A DNA stretch of 64,000 nt from a candidate division FCPU426 bacterium (lineage in GTDB: Bacteria; Oederibacteriota; JAAXVQ01; JAUVAV01). Within the stretch, counting starts at the first letter, position 1. Every line of letters starts with the position of its first letter. The notes below the pieces were generated by a model, which saw nothing but the letters and a program-made list of their open reading frames with translations, was not told the origin of the DNA and searched no databases. Positions 1-10,059 of the stretch are shown piece by piece. A program made the translations under genes and the position numbers. The stretch is taken from the NCBI GenBank assembly GCA_040756875.1, contig JBFLYH010000001.1, positions 992,001-1,056,000 on the forward strand. The letters run 5' to 3'.

Positions 1-486
1 TAGGGCCGGGCCCAGCCATTTCCCATCCGGCGTCCGTTCGAAGCGGATCAGCGGCTTGATGAGTTGGATCTGGTGCAGGCTCTCGGCCAGGGGGCGTTTA
101 CGGACCAGAATGTCCCAAAGCGAATACTGAACCACGACCCGCTGGATGGTGATATCGATGGAATCCGGCGCGGTAGTATGCGCCGAGATGCGCATATTGC
201 GCAGGACCACGCGGTCGAACAGGCCGCCTTCGATGCGGCCGATGGTCACCTCGCGGTTCAAGGCCGTGGAAAGCTCCCGCTCGAGCTGGGGCTTAAAGCG
301 GTTGGCCACCACACCGCTCGAAGACACGAGCCACAACCCGCCCACCACCAGCAGCGCCACCCCCAGCAGGATTCCCAGGGAGAGCAATGGATGTCGGGCT
401 TGCTGAATCCGGGCGGAAGGCAGGTGGGGCTTGCGACGGGCAGGCCGGGGCCGACGGGATGATTTAACGCGACGGGGCTGGGGCAC
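1..486 (-). CDS. 5' part of an AsmA/TamB-like envelope protein (runs off the window edge)
   Basis: Open minus-strand frame from GTG at 486 to the window edge, starting just after the clpC stop. It has an N-terminal hydrophobic anchor (LLGVALLVVGGLWLV) followed by 'LERELSTALNREVTIGRIEGGLFDRVVLRNMRI...IQLIKPLIRFER', which resembles AsmA/TamB N-termini. Not in the supplied ORF track. Confidence 0.55.
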   Translation of the reverse strand, partial: MPQPRRVKSSRRPRPARRKPHLPSARIQQARHPLLSLGILLGVALLVVGGLWLVSSSGVVANRFKPQLERELSTALNREVTIGRIEGGLFDRVVLRNMRISAHTTAPDSIDITIQRVVVQYSLWDILVRKRPLAESLHQIQLIKPLIRFERTPDGKWLGPAL

Positions 487-491
487 CCTGA

Positions 492-2924
492 TTACGCCTC
501 GACTTTCACCTCAAACTTGATGGTGTCGTTGCCGGGCACGGCGGAGATGACCTTGCCCGGCTTGATTTCGCCTTTGAGCAGCAGTTCAGCCAGCGGGTCC
601 TCGACCAGGCGCTGAATGGCGCGTTTGAGCGGCCGGGCGCCCATTTGGGGGTTGAAGCCTTTGTCGATCAGGAAGTTCTTCGCTTCGGCCGTGACCAGCA
701 GCGTCACTTCCTTTTCCTTGAGGCGCTCGTTGACGCGGTTCATTTGCAGGTCGACGATGGCCTCCAGGTCCTTTCGCTCCAGGTTGTGGAACACGATCAC
801 TTCATCCACCCGGTTGAGGAACTCAGGATTGAAAACCTTTTTAACCTCGCCGAGCACCCGGTCCTTCATGGAGCGATGGTTCACTTCCGCATCCGAGGGT
901 TGGAATCCCATGGCCGCGGCGCCCTTGTCGATGAGCCGGGCGCCGATGTTGCTGGTCATGATCACCACGGTATTTTTAAAATCCACCACGCGGCCGTTGT
1001 TGTCGGTGAGGCGGCCGTCCTCGAGCACCTGCAGCAGGATGTTGAAGACATCCGGGTGGGCTTTCTCCACTTCGTCGAAAAGAATGACCGAATAAGGGTT
1101 GCGGCGCACTTTCTCGGTCAATTGGCCGCCTTCGTCGTGCCCGATGTATCCCGGAGGCGCGCCGACCAGGCGGGAGACCGCGAATTTCTCCATGTACTCT
1201 GACATGTCGATACGGATCAGCGTGTTTTCGTCTTCAAAGAGGAATTCAGCCAGGGCCCTGGCCATCTCGGTTTTGCCCACGCCGGTCGGCCCCAGGAAAA
1301 TGAAGGAGCCGATCGGCCGCTTGGGATCGGCCACGCCGGCCCGGGAACGGCGGATGGAGCGGGAAACCGCGTTGATGGCTTCCTCCTGCCCCACGATGCG
1401 CTTGTGCAGCTCCTCTTCCATGCGCAGCAGTTTGGCTGATTCGGTCTCCTCGAGTTTGAACACCGGCACGCCCGTCCACTTGCTGATGATGATCGCGATG
1501 TCCTCCTCGGTGACGCTGACCACGTTCTGGGTGCGGGATTGCTCCCACTGCCGCTTCTTTTCTTCCTTCTTCTGGCGCAGGTCTTTGATCTTATCGCGCA
1601 GGTTGGCGGCGCGTTCGAATTCCTGCATCTTGATGGCCGCTTCCTTCTCCTTGGCGATTTTGTCGATTTCGTCCTCAACCTTCTTCAGGTCCGGCGGCAG
1701 CACCGCGGCGGACAGCCGCGCCCGCGCGCCGGCCTCGTCCATGACGTCAATGGCCTTGTCCGGCAGCAGGCGGCCGGAAATGTAACGGTCCGACAGTTTG
1801 GCCGCGGCGACCATGGCGTCGTCGGTGAAGTGGACGCGGTGGTGCGCTTCATAGCGGTCGCGCAGCCCCTTGAGGATCAGGATCGTTTCGTCGACGTTGG
1901 GCGCCTCCACTTTGATGGATTGGAACCGACGCTCCAGGGCGCCGTCCTTCTCGATGTATTTGCGGTACTCGTCCATGGTGGTGGCGCCGATGCACTGCAC
2001 CTCGCCCCGGGCCAGCGCCGGTTTCAGCATGTTGGAGGCGTCGATCGCGCCTTCGGCCGCCCCGGCTCCGACCAGGGTGTGCAGTTCGTCGATGAAAAGG
2101 ATGATGGTCGAGGCGGCGGTCTTGATTTCCTGCATGACGGTTTTAAGGCGTTCCTCGAATTCGCCGCGGTACTTGGTGCCCGCCACCACGGCGGCCAGGT
2201 CCAGAGTGACGATGCGCTTGTTCGCGAGCAGCTCGGGGACATTGCCGGCCACGATTTTTTGCGCCAAGCCCTCGGCAATGGCCGTCTTGCCCACGCCCGG
2301 TTCGCCGATCAGCACCGGGTTGTTCTTGGTGCGGCGGCAGAGGATTTGGATGACGCGTTCGATCTCGTTTTCCCGGCCGATGACCGGGTCTAGCTTGCCT
2401 TCCCGGCTGAGCTGAGTGAGGTCCCGGCCGTAAGCGTCCAGCGTGGGCGTGGCGCTCTTCACCTGCCCCTGCATGTACTTGGGCAGGTTGCCGCCCAGGA
2501 GGTAAATCGTCATTTCGCGCGCTTTTTCGATGCGCACGTTGAACCGCTCCAGCACCCGCGAGGCCACGCCCTCCCCTTCGCGGATCAGGCCCAGGAGGAT
2601 GTGTTCGGTGCCGATGTAATTGTGCCCCAGGGCCTGGGCTTCCTCTAGCGCCAGCTCCAGCACTTTTTTGGCCCGCGGCGTGAACGGAACTTCGCCCAGG
2701 GTCATGGTGCCGCCGCCCATGTTCACCGACTTCTCGACTTCCAGTTTCAGGCGATCCAGTTCCAGCCCCAGGTTTTCCAGCACCGCGCTGGCCACGCCGC
2801 CGCCCTCCTTGATCAGGCCCAGCAGCAGGTGTTCGGTGCCGATGTAATCATGCCCCAGGCGCGCGGCTTCTTCGCGCGCTAAATTGATGATTTTCTTCGC
2901 TCTTTCCGTGAATTTATCGAACAT
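492..2924 (-). CDS. clpC: ATP-dependent Clp protease ATP-binding subunit ClpC
   Basis: Clp N-domain repeats, Walker A motifs GEPGVGKT and [11 protein letters not shown] coiled coil, [10 protein letters not shown] and GARPLKR motifs; downstream of mcsAB. Confidence 0.97.
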   Translation of the reverse strand: MFDKFTERAKKIINLAREEAARLGHDYIGTEHLLLGLIKEGGGVASAVLENLGLELDRLKLEVEKSVNMGGGTMTLGEVPFTPRAKKVLELALEEAQALGHNYIGTEHILLGLIREGEGVASRVLERFNVRIEKAREMTIYLLGGNLPKYMQGQVKSATPTLDAYGRDLTQLSREGKLDPVIGRENEIERVIQILCRRTKNNPVLIGEPGVGKTAIAEGLAQKIVAGNVPELLANKRIVTLDLAAVVAGTKYRGEFEERLKTVMQEIKTAASTIILFIDELHTLVGAGAAEGAIDASNMLKPALARGEVQCIGATTMDEYRKYIEKDGALERRFQSIKVEAPNVDETILILKGLRDRYEAHHRVHFTDDAMVAAAKLSDRYISGRLLPDKAIDVMDEAGARARLSAAVLPPDLKKVEDEIDKIAKEKEAAIKMQEFERAANLRDKIKDLRQKKEEKKRQWEQSRTQNVVSVTEEDIAIIISKWTGVPVFKLEETESAKLLRMEEELHKRIVGQEEAINAVSRSIRRSRAGVADPKRPIGSFIFLGPTGVGKTEMARALAEFLFEDENTLIRIDMSEYMEKFAVSRLVGAPPGYIGHDEGGQLTEKVRRNPYSVILFDEVEKAHPDVFNILLQVLEDGRLTDNNGRVVDFKNTVVIMTSNIGARLIDKGAAAMGFQPSDAEVNHRSMKDRVLGEVKKVFNPEFLNRVDEVIVFHNLERKDLEAIVDLQMNRVNERLKEKEVTLLVTAEAKNFLIDKGFNPQMGARPLKRAIQRLVEDPLAELLLKGEIKPGKVISAVPGNDTIKFEVKVEA

Positions 2925-3013
2925 AACCGTTCATCCTCCCGCGGTTTGCGGCTTGGTGTCGTGGCGGCCAACCGCACTATTGTACATACTTTATCGGCTT
3001 AAGGACAGTTATT

Positions 3014-4060
3014 TTAACCCCGGCCGGCATCCAATTTGAGGCGTTTCCTGATCAAGGACGCCCGCCGGGACTGTTGTTCCTCGGCGGAAAGCGTCTTTTC
3101 GCCCCCTTGCTGCAAATGCGCAGGCTGGACCTGCAGCAGCAATTCGTTCAGGGCCGCGGGCGAGAGCGACCGCAGGAGGCGGGTTTCCACGCCCAACCGG
3201 AGGGACGACAGCAAATCCAGGGCCTCTTCCAACCCCAGCAAGCGGCAGTGGCGCAGAATGCCCACGGCTCGTCCCACTTTATCCTCCAGGAGGCGGCGTT
3301 CTGATTTCAAGAGTTTCTGCCGGGCTTCGGTTTCCCTTTCCACGACCTGACGGATCACGCCCGAAAGCTGGGTGATGATTTCCTCCTCCGTGCGCCCCAA
3401 CGTAATCTGGTTGCTGATCTGGAAGAACACGGTTTTCAGCTCGGTGCCCTCGCCGTAAAACCCGCGCACCGCCAAACCCATGTGCACCACGGCCTGCAGC
3501 ACCTGGACGATGCCGCGTGTCAAGGCCAGGGCCGGCAAATGCAGCATGGCCGAGGCCCTCAAACCAGTGCCTACGTTCGTGGGGCACGCGGTCAGATAAC
3601 CGAACTGGGCATGGCGGGCAAAGGGGAAAGCCTTCCCCAGTTTCTCGTCCAGCACCCGCGCCAGACGCAATCCCCCCTCCAAATCCAGGCCGGGTTTCAT
3701 GACCTGGATGCGGACGTGGTCCTCCTCGTTCAATAGGTAAGAAAGGCTCTGGCCCTGGGCCAGTCCCAGTCCGATATCGTCCGGTTTGGAGGCGGAGTCC
3801 ATGTGGATCAAGCCGCGTTCGGCGAGCACCCCGCGCCGCAAGGCGTCCTCCCGCTGCAGGCGCAGAAAGGTCATGCCCGGTTGTTTTTCCAAAAAACCGC
3901 CCACTGCACCGACCAGTTTCTCCTTCTCTACGCTGTCGGCTGTAAGCGGAAACTTGTACCCTTTCAGGTTGCGGGCCAGGCGTATGCGGGTGGATAAAAC
4001 CGCGGGATTTCCCGCATGCGGTTTGACCCATAAAGGCAGGGGCCACGATTTGACGCTCAT
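3014..4060 (-). CDS. mcsB: Protein-arginine kinase McsB
   Basis: Motifs STRIRLARN, NEEDH and YLTACPTNVGTGLRAS. Start moved to the ATG at 4060, which overlaps the mcsA stop (ATGA). Confidence 0.93.
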   Translation of the reverse strand: MSVKSWPLPLWVKPHAGNPAVLSTRIRLARNLKGYKFPLTADSVEKEKLVGAVGGFLEKQPGMTFLRLQREDALRRGVLAERGLIHMDSASKPDDIGLGLAQGQSLSYLLNEEDHVRIQVMKPGLDLEGGLRLARVLDEKLGKAFPFARHAQFGYLTACPTNVGTGLRASAMLHLPALALTRGIVQVLQAVVHMGLAVRGFYGEGTELKTVFFQISNQITLGRTEEEIITQLSGVIRQVVERETEARQKLLKSERRLLEDKVGRAVGILRHCRLLGLEEALDLLSSLRLGVETRLLRSLSPAALNELLLQVQPAHLQQGGEKTLSAEEQQSRRASLIRKRLKLDAGRG

Positions 4061-4557
4061 GCGGTCTGCCTGCCTTCCAGGGAATGTATTTTGTCCCGCA
4101 ACTGGGCCGCTTCCTCGAATTTTTCGCTTTCGATCAGGTGCCGCAACTGCTCCTTCAGTTCCTCGAGCTTGGGTTTGGTCGCTGCGACGGGAGCCGGAGG
4201 CCGCACCCGGTCCTTGTGCTCTTCGGCCTGGTGAAACTGCCTGAACAACGGCAACAGCAGGGGGCGGAAAGCGTCGTAGCAATGCTCGCAACCAAAGCGC
4301 CCCACTTCGCGGAACTGGGAAAAATGCAGGCCGCAATGCCCGCATTTGACATCCGCTTGCGCGGCCTGCGAGGCCGCGCCCAGCTCAAGCAGCGAGGCCA
4401 GCAAATTGTGTATGATCAAAGCGGGTTTGACCAGCATTTCGCCCAAATGGCGTTTTTGGGCGCAATTTTCGCAAATGTGCAAGGAAGACTGCTGGTTGCC
4501 TATATTGTCAATCAAATGAACCGTGGCTTCTTCCTGCTGGCAAATTTGGCAAAGCAT
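4057..4557 (-). CDS. mcsA: McsA (CxxC zinc motifs plus UVR domain)
   Basis: MLCQIC...CENC...CGHC...CEHC and a C-terminal UVR domain (EKFEEAAQLRDKI); start at ATG 4557. Confidence 0.92.
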   Translation of the reverse strand: MLCQICQQEEATVHLIDNIGNQQSSLHICENCAQKRHLGEMLVKPALIIHNLLASLLELGAASQAAQADVKCGHCGLHFSQFREVGRFGCEHCYDAFRPLLLPLFRQFHQAEEHKDRVRPPAPVAATKPKLEELKEQLRHLIESEKFEEAAQLRDKIHSLEGRQTA

Positions 4558-4695
4558 GGTTTTCACCTTTCCTTGAAAACCCCTGGGCCCTCGGCTGGTT
4601 TTCTGAAGTATATCCACCGGAATAACGCGAGGGACTTTTAATGCACAGGGCATAGAGTAAGGGAATTATCGCTTGATCCCAATCATTTCCCGGAT

Positions 4696-5415
4696 TCAGG
4701 CGCTACTACCCGATGGTTTAGACACCGTTCCGCCGTTTTCGGCGACCACCCGGCCGTCCTGCAGGGTGATGGTCCGGTTCGCCAGGTTCGCCAAGGCCGG
4801 GTTGTGCGTGACCACTATCACGGTCTGGCCGGCCTCCCGGTTGAGGTTCATGAACAAATCATGGATGCCCTGGGCCGTGGCCAGGTCCAAATCCCCGGTC
4901 GGTTCGTCGGCCAAGAGCAGGGCCGGCCGGTTGACCAGGGCGCGGGCAATGGCCACGCGCTGCTGTTCCCCGCCGGACAATTCGCCGGGCCGGTGCGTCC
5001 TGCGGTGGGTCAGGCCCACGCGCTCCAGCCATTCGGCCGCCTGTTTGCGCGCCTCGGCGTGCGACAACCCGGCGATCAGGGCCGGCAGCATGACGTTTTC
5101 TTCGGCGTTGAATTCAGGCAGCAAATAATGCAGTTGGAACACGAAGCCCACGGACTTGTTGCGAAGCGCGGCCAAGCCCTCGTCGCCCAGGCTGTACAAG
5201 TCCTGCCCCAGGATCCGTACCGAACCGCCGGTTGGGTGCATAAGGCCGCCGGCCACGCTGAGCAGCGTGGTTTTGCCCGCGCCCGAAGGGCCGACAATGG
5301 CAACCATCTCCCCCGGCGCCACGCCCAGCTCCACGCCGCGCAAGACCGGAACCAGGCCGCTGCCCTGGCCGAAGGTTTTCTCCACCTGTTCCAACCTCAG
5401 TACCGGTTCACTCAT
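4696..5415 (-). CDS. lolD: Lipoprotein-releasing ABC transporter ATP-binding protein
   Basis: GPSGAGKTT, LSGGEQQR and LLADEPTG motifs; overlaps the lolC/E-like gene. Confidence 0.88.
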   Translation of the reverse strand: MSEPVLRLEQVEKTFGQGSGLVPVLRGVELGVAPGEMVAIVGPSGAGKTTLLSVAGGLMHPTGGSVRILGQDLYSLGDEGLAALRNKSVGFVFQLHYLLPEFNAEENVMLPALIAGLSHAEARKQAAEWLERVGLTHRRTHRPGELSGGEQQRVAIARALVNRPALLLADEPTGDLDLATAQGIHDLFMNLNREAGQTVIVVTHNPALANLANRTITLQDGRVVAENGGTVSKPSGSSA

Positions 5416-6661
5416 AGCGGATGGCCTCCACCGGATCCAGGCGCGAGGCTTGCCAGGCCGGATAGATCGTGGATACCAGGCACACCAGCAGGGTCAGACC
5501 GGCCACGAGCAAGATATCGCCGGCTTCCATCAGCACCGGAAGTTTTTCGATGTAGTACACCGATCCTCCGCCGGGAATGCGCAGGGGATATAATTTCAGG
5601 AATGTGCAGGTCAGCACGCCGCCCACCAGCCCCAGCAGCGTGCCCGTGCCCCCGATAAAAGCGCCTTCCCACATGAACAGCCGCTGGATGAATTTCTGGC
5701 TGGCGCCCATGGCTTTCAGGATGCCGATATCTTTCTTCTTCTGCATGACCACCATGATCAGGGTGGAGGCGATGTTGAAGGCCGCGACCATCACGATCAT
5801 GATCAAAATGACGAACATGACGATTTTTTCCGTGGCCAGGGCAGTGGCCAGATTGCGGTTCAGGGCCATGAAATCCCTGGCCCAGAAGTCCTGCCCCTCC
5901 TGTTGCAAGTCCTGAGCCACTCCTCGGGCCCGTTCCAAATCGTCCACTTTAACGGCCATGCCGTTGACAGTATCCGGCTGTTCAAACAACAACTGCGCCG
6001 TTTCCAGGGATACATAGGCGAACGTGGCGTCGTATTCATACATGCCCGCCTCGAAAATGCCCACGACCTGGAAGGTGGCCACTTTGGGCATGGTGCCCGC
6101 GGCCGTGACTTTAAACACCGGTGCCACGACCGTGACCAGGTCTCCCGGCAACAAACCCAGCTTGCGCGCCACTTCGATGCCGAGTATGACGCCCCGGCCG
6201 CGCAGGGGGTTGGCCGGATTTTTGCCGGCCTGGTTGAGTTTCTCGATCGATCCGCTCTTCAAATTGGCGGCCAGCTGGGTGACCTTGGCTTCACGCGCAG
6301 GGTCCACGCCCCATAGTATCGCGCCTTCGACATGGTGCTCGTTCTTGAACATTACTTGGTTGGATAGGAACGGCGACACGGCCACGACGTGCGGAAGCGC
6401 TTCCGCCTTTTTAAGGAGTTGCCGCCAATTGGCGATGCCGCCCTGGTCGAAACTGGCCACCATCACATGGGACTGCGAACCGATTATGCGGCGCCGGATA
6501 TCCGATTGAAACCCGTTCATGACCGACAAAACCACGATGAGGGCCATCACGCCCAAGGCCACGCCGGCCACGGAAATGACCGAAATCAGGGAGATGAAGG
6601 TCTCTTTTTGCTTGGCCTGCAGATAACGCAGGCCGATCAGCACTTCCGCGCCTCGCGGCAT
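5408..6661 (-). CDS. lolE: Lipoprotein-releasing ABC transporter permease LolC/E
   Basis: ISVAGVALGVMALIVVLSVMNGF, KKKDIGILKAMGA and C-terminal DPVEAIRYE; GGAG RBS before ATG 6661. Confidence 0.88.
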   Translation of the reverse strand: MPRGAEVLIGLRYLQAKQKETFISLISVISVAGVALGVMALIVVLSVMNGFQSDIRRRIIGSQSHVMVASFDQGGIANWRQLLKKAEALPHVVAVSPFLSNQVMFKNEHHVEGAILWGVDPAREAKVTQLAANLKSGSIEKLNQAGKNPANPLRGRGVILGIEVARKLGLLPGDLVTVVAPVFKVTAAGTMPKVATFQVVGIFEAGMYEYDATFAYVSLETAQLLFEQPDTVNGMAVKVDDLERARGVAQDLQQEGQDFWARDFMALNRNLATALATEKIVMFVILIMIVMVAAFNIASTLIMVVMQKKKDIGILKAMGASQKFIQRLFMWEGAFIGGTGTLLGLVGGVLTCTFLKLYPLRIPGGGSVYYIEKLPVLMEAGDILLVAGLTLLVCLVSTIYPAWQASRLDPVEAIRYE

Positions 6662-6687
6662 CCGGACTCCTCGTTGATAAATCAATA

Positions 6688-6766
6688 CCCTCCCCCTCGA
6701 GGGAGGAGGGCGAGGGAGAGGGTGGGATTCGAGATCGAATTCCTCGCTCTCCCCTCAAGGGATGGG
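6688..6766. repeat. Intergenic REP-like palindromic doublet (CCCTCCCCCTYGAGGG family)
   Basis: CCCTCCCCCTCGAGGGAGGAGGGCGAGGGAGAGGGTG plus a degenerate inverted partner; related copies at 14170, 55139, 57773 and, in frame, at 16777. Confidence 0.8.
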
Positions 6767-6815
6767 AAAATATTCAATTTTGACACCCAACCTTGTCCCG
6801 AGTTCACCTTTGGAC

Positions 6816-8333
6816 TTACGCTTGGACTTCGGTCGATTCCTGGTGTCCGATCGTTTCTTCGGGTATCTGGATTTGCCGCAGTTGGGGGAAAAGAATGACA
6901 TCCCGGATGGAGGGCGAATCAGTCAGCAACATGACCAGCCGGTCAATGCCGATGCCCAACCCGCCGGCCGGAGGCATGCCGTATTCCAGCGCCCGCAGAA
7001 AATCCTCGTCCAGCGTCTGGCCGGCTTCATCGGCCTTGGCCCGGCGGGCCAGTTGCCGTTCGAACCGCTGCCGCTGTTCCACCGGATCATTGAGCTCGGA
7101 GAATCCGTTGGCATACTCATGGCCGGCGATGTACGGTTCGAAGCGGTCGGCCACATCCGGCTGGCCGGCTTTGGCTTTGGCCAGAGGTGAAATTTCCACC
7201 GGGAAATCGACGATGAACGTGGGTTGCACCAGGGTCGGCGTAACCAAATGGTCGAACAGCACTTCCACCAGTTCGCCTTTGTCTTCGGCGCCCGCGGTAT
7301 CCAAGCCCCGCTCCCGGCAAATCTGCTTCAACTGTTCCGGCGTCTGGCTCCAGACTTCCAAACCCACGGCTTGGCTGACGGCCTCCAGGTAACCCAACCG
7401 CTTCCAGGGTGGCGTTAAATCCAGCGTCTGCCCCTGATATGGAATTTTCAATCCGCCGCACACGGTCTGGGCCAGATGGGCGAAGAGCGCCTCGGCCAAT
7501 TCCATCATCGCCTGGCCGTTCACGAAGGCTTGGTAAACCTCCAGCATCGTGAATTCCGGGTTGTGCATGGTACTCAGTCCTTCGTTGCGGAAATTGCGGT
7601 TCAACTCGAAAACTTTTTCGAATCCCGCCACCAGCATGCGTTTGAGGTACAGTTCCGGCGCCACCCGCAGATAAAGGTCCCGGTCCAGGGCATTGTGATG
7701 GGTCTTAAACGGCCGGGCGGCCGCTCCGCCGGGGATGGGCTGCATCATCGGCGTTTCGACCTCGACGAATCCCCGCTGGTCCAGGAATTGACGGATCGCC
7801 TTGACGATGCGGAAGCGGGCCTGGAACACCTGCTTGACCTGGGGATTGGCGATCAGATCCAGGTAACGCTGCCGGTAGCGGGCTTCCACGTCCTTGAGTC
7901 CGTGCCATTTTTCAGGCAAAGGCCGCAGGGCTTTGGCCAGAAGCGTGAATTCATCCACCCGGACCGTCAATTCGCCTGTGCGCGTGCGGAACACCGGGCC
8001 TTTCACACCCAGAAAATCGCCGATATCCAGGTGCTTCACGATCTCGAAGCGCTCGGGCCCCAGGGCATCCGCCCTGAAATACAACTGGAGCTGCCCGCTG
8101 TCGTCCTGCAAGTGGGCAAACACGGTCTTGCCGTGCCCGCGGTAGGATTTGAGACGGCCGGCGCACGACACGGCCTGTTCGGAAAATGCCTCTCCCTGCA
8201 ACTCCGCATGGTCCGTCAGCACTTGCGCAGCAGCATGGGTGCGGTCATAGGCGTATGCGTAAGGCTCCACGCCCGTGGAGCGCAAAGACCGGATTTTTTC
8301 CAGGCGTTGTTGGATGATTTCCTTCTCGGACAC
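6816..8333 (-). CDS. lysS: Lysine--tRNA ligase (class II)
   Basis: OB-fold anticodon-binding domain; RYRQRYLDLI, YLRVAPELYLKR, FRNEG and GLGIGIDRL motifs. Confidence 0.97.
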   Translation of the reverse strand: MSEKEIIQQRLEKIRSLRSTGVEPYAYAYDRTHAAAQVLTDHAELQGEAFSEQAVSCAGRLKSYRGHGKTVFAHLQDDSGQLQLYFRADALGPERFEIVKHLDIGDFLGVKGPVFRTRTGELTVRVDEFTLLAKALRPLPEKWHGLKDVEARYRQRYLDLIANPQVKQVFQARFRIVKAIRQFLDQRGFVEVETPMMQPIPGGAAARPFKTHHNALDRDLYLRVAPELYLKRMLVAGFEKVFELNRNFRNEGLSTMHNPEFTMLEVYQAFVNGQAMMELAEALFAHLAQTVCGGLKIPYQGQTLDLTPPWKRLGYLEAVSQAVGLEVWSQTPEQLKQICRERGLDTAGAEDKGELVEVLFDHLVTPTLVQPTFIVDFPVEISPLAKAKAGQPDVADRFEPYIAGHEYANGFSELNDPVEQRQRFERQLARRAKADEAGQTLDEDFLRALEYGMPPAGGLGIGIDRLVMLLTDSPSIRDVILFPQLRQIQIPEETIGHQESTEVQA

Positions 8334-8435
8334 TGGCTTCTCTCCTCGGAAGATGCTGAAATAGAGCCGGGTTTCAAGTAGGGCGTTAGTCTAACAGCGT
8401 GACGCAGAGGTTGTCAATTTGATAAAAGCGGGCGT

Positions 8436-9977
8436 TTAGGAAGGCGTTTCTTCCAATTTGCTTTCCGTGCCCACGGTCCGGGACAACGCCGCCCTGGCCT
8501 GCAAGTTATGGCGGCTGTAAAACTTCCGATGGTGATGCCCAAATCCGGCTAAAAACATACCCGTGCGCAGGTTGCGGAAGGAATGCTTCAAAATCCACCC
8601 GAACAACTCCCAAAAATACCGCCGTTCGCCCGAGAGCACGCCCAAATGCCATATCATGCGGAAGAGCAGTTCCGGCCTGAACCGCAGCGGCTTTTCCGGC
8701 AGCGCGTGCTTGTATTGCAGCAGGAACCTCTTCAAGCGCGGATAGTAATTCTCCGGAGCATAAATGGTGTCGGTGATTTTTTCGAAGCCCGCCTGCAGCG
8801 CCTCTGCCGGCATGCGGGGCGTAAAGTTCAGCTCATGGTCCGAAGTGTCGCCGGTGAAGCCTGACAACAACCGGCCCTCGGCGCGCAGCCTTTTTTCCAT
8901 GCGCGTGCCGGGAATGGCCTTGAGCGTCGAAATCTGGGCCGTGACCACCGGCGCTTCCTGGATAAACGCGATCTGGCGGTCGAAAATGTCGGGCGGATCC
9001 TGGTCAAACCCCACCATGAAACCGCCCTGCACCTGCAATCCGGCGGCATGGCACTTGCGCACGCATTCCACCAGGTCGCGGTTGGCGTTGTTGTGTTTGT
9101 TGCATTCCTTCAGGCTGTCTTCGTGAATGGTTTCAATGCCCAAAAAGGCGTGGTTAAAACCCGCTTGGGTCATGAGACGCAGCAAGACGTCGTCGTCCGC
9201 GATATTGACCGAAGCCTGGGTGTAGAAATTGAAGGGATAACCGTGCCGTTCCTGCCAGGCAACGATCGCCGGCAGCACCTCGGCCTTTAAAGCGGCTTTG
9301 TTGCCGATGAAGTTATCATCCACGAAAAGGATCGGTTCCCGCCAGCCCAGGGAGTACAGCAGGTCCAGTTCGGCGATGATCTGCCCCACCTGCTTGGTCC
9401 GCGACCGCTGGCCGTAAAGCTTGATGACATCGCAGAACTCGCACGAAAACGGGCAGCCGCGCGAATACTGGATGCTCATCATAAAATAATGCTGGCGGTC
9501 CACCAGGTCCCAGCGCGGCACAGGCGTTTGGGCGAGATCCGCCCAGTCCGTGGTAGTGTACAGGGGCTTGGCCTGGCCGCGCTGAAAGTCGTCCAAAAAG
9601 GGCTGGAGCGTGATTTCCGCCTCGTTCAGCACGTAGTGGTCCACGCCCGGATATTTTTCATGTTCGCTGGTGAACAGCGCGCCGCCGGCCACCAGGGTCT
9701 TGCCCAGACGCTTGACGCGCATGATCACTTCCCGCGCGGAAATCTGCTGCGCGTGCGTGGCGCTGAGAAAGACTGCGTCCGCCCATTGAATGTCCCGGTC
9801 GGACAGCGGCGCCAGATTGAGGTCGCGCAGCCGGAGCGTCCAGTCCTTGGGCAGCATGGCCGCCACGGTGATGAGGCCCAATGGCGTGGTGGGGGCCTTT
9901 TTCGAGAGGATCCACAGCACGTCCGTGTAGCTCCAAAACGATTCGCGGTAACGGGGATGCACCAGCAAAACTTTCAT
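8436..9977 (-). CDS. B12-binding radical SAM protein (DUF4070-type C-terminus)
   Basis: N-terminal cobalamin-binding domain ([12 protein letters not shown]), CxxxCxxC motif (GCPFSCEFC) and VDDNFIGN. Confidence 0.9.
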   Translation of the reverse strand: MKVLLVHPRYRESFWSYTDVLWILSKKAPTTPLGLITVAAMLPKDWTLRLRDLNLAPLSDRDIQWADAVFLSATHAQQISAREVIMRVKRLGKTLVAGGALFTSEHEKYPGVDHYVLNEAEITLQPFLDDFQRGQAKPLYTTTDWADLAQTPVPRWDLVDRQHYFMMSIQYSRGCPFSCEFCDVIKLYGQRSRTKQVGQIIAELDLLYSLGWREPILFVDDNFIGNKAALKAEVLPAIVAWQERHGYPFNFYTQASVNIADDDVLLRLMTQAGFNHAFLGIETIHEDSLKECNKHNNANRDLVECVRKCHAAGLQVQGGFMVGFDQDPPDIFDRQIAFIQEAPVVTAQISTLKAIPGTRMEKRLRAEGRLLSGFTGDTSDHELNFTPRMPAEALQAGFEKITDTIYAPENYYPRLKRFLLQYKHALPEKPLRFRPELLFRMIWHLGVLSGERRYFWELFGWILKHSFRNLRTGMFLAGFGHHHRKFYSRHNLQARAALSRTVGTESKLEETPS

Positions 9978-10059
9978 TCTTCCCGGCCTTTCTGAGCAAT
10001 CATTCGAATTAATTTCATTTTTATATATTTCTTTTGAAAATGCAAGACAGGACTAGTGT

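Noticed and set aside
2940-2976. Hairpin just upstream of the clpC RBS as an RNA thermometer
   Set aside because: The stem (GCGGTT/AACCGC) ends before the GGGAGG Shine-Dalgarno and does not clearly sequester it; evidence is insufficient.
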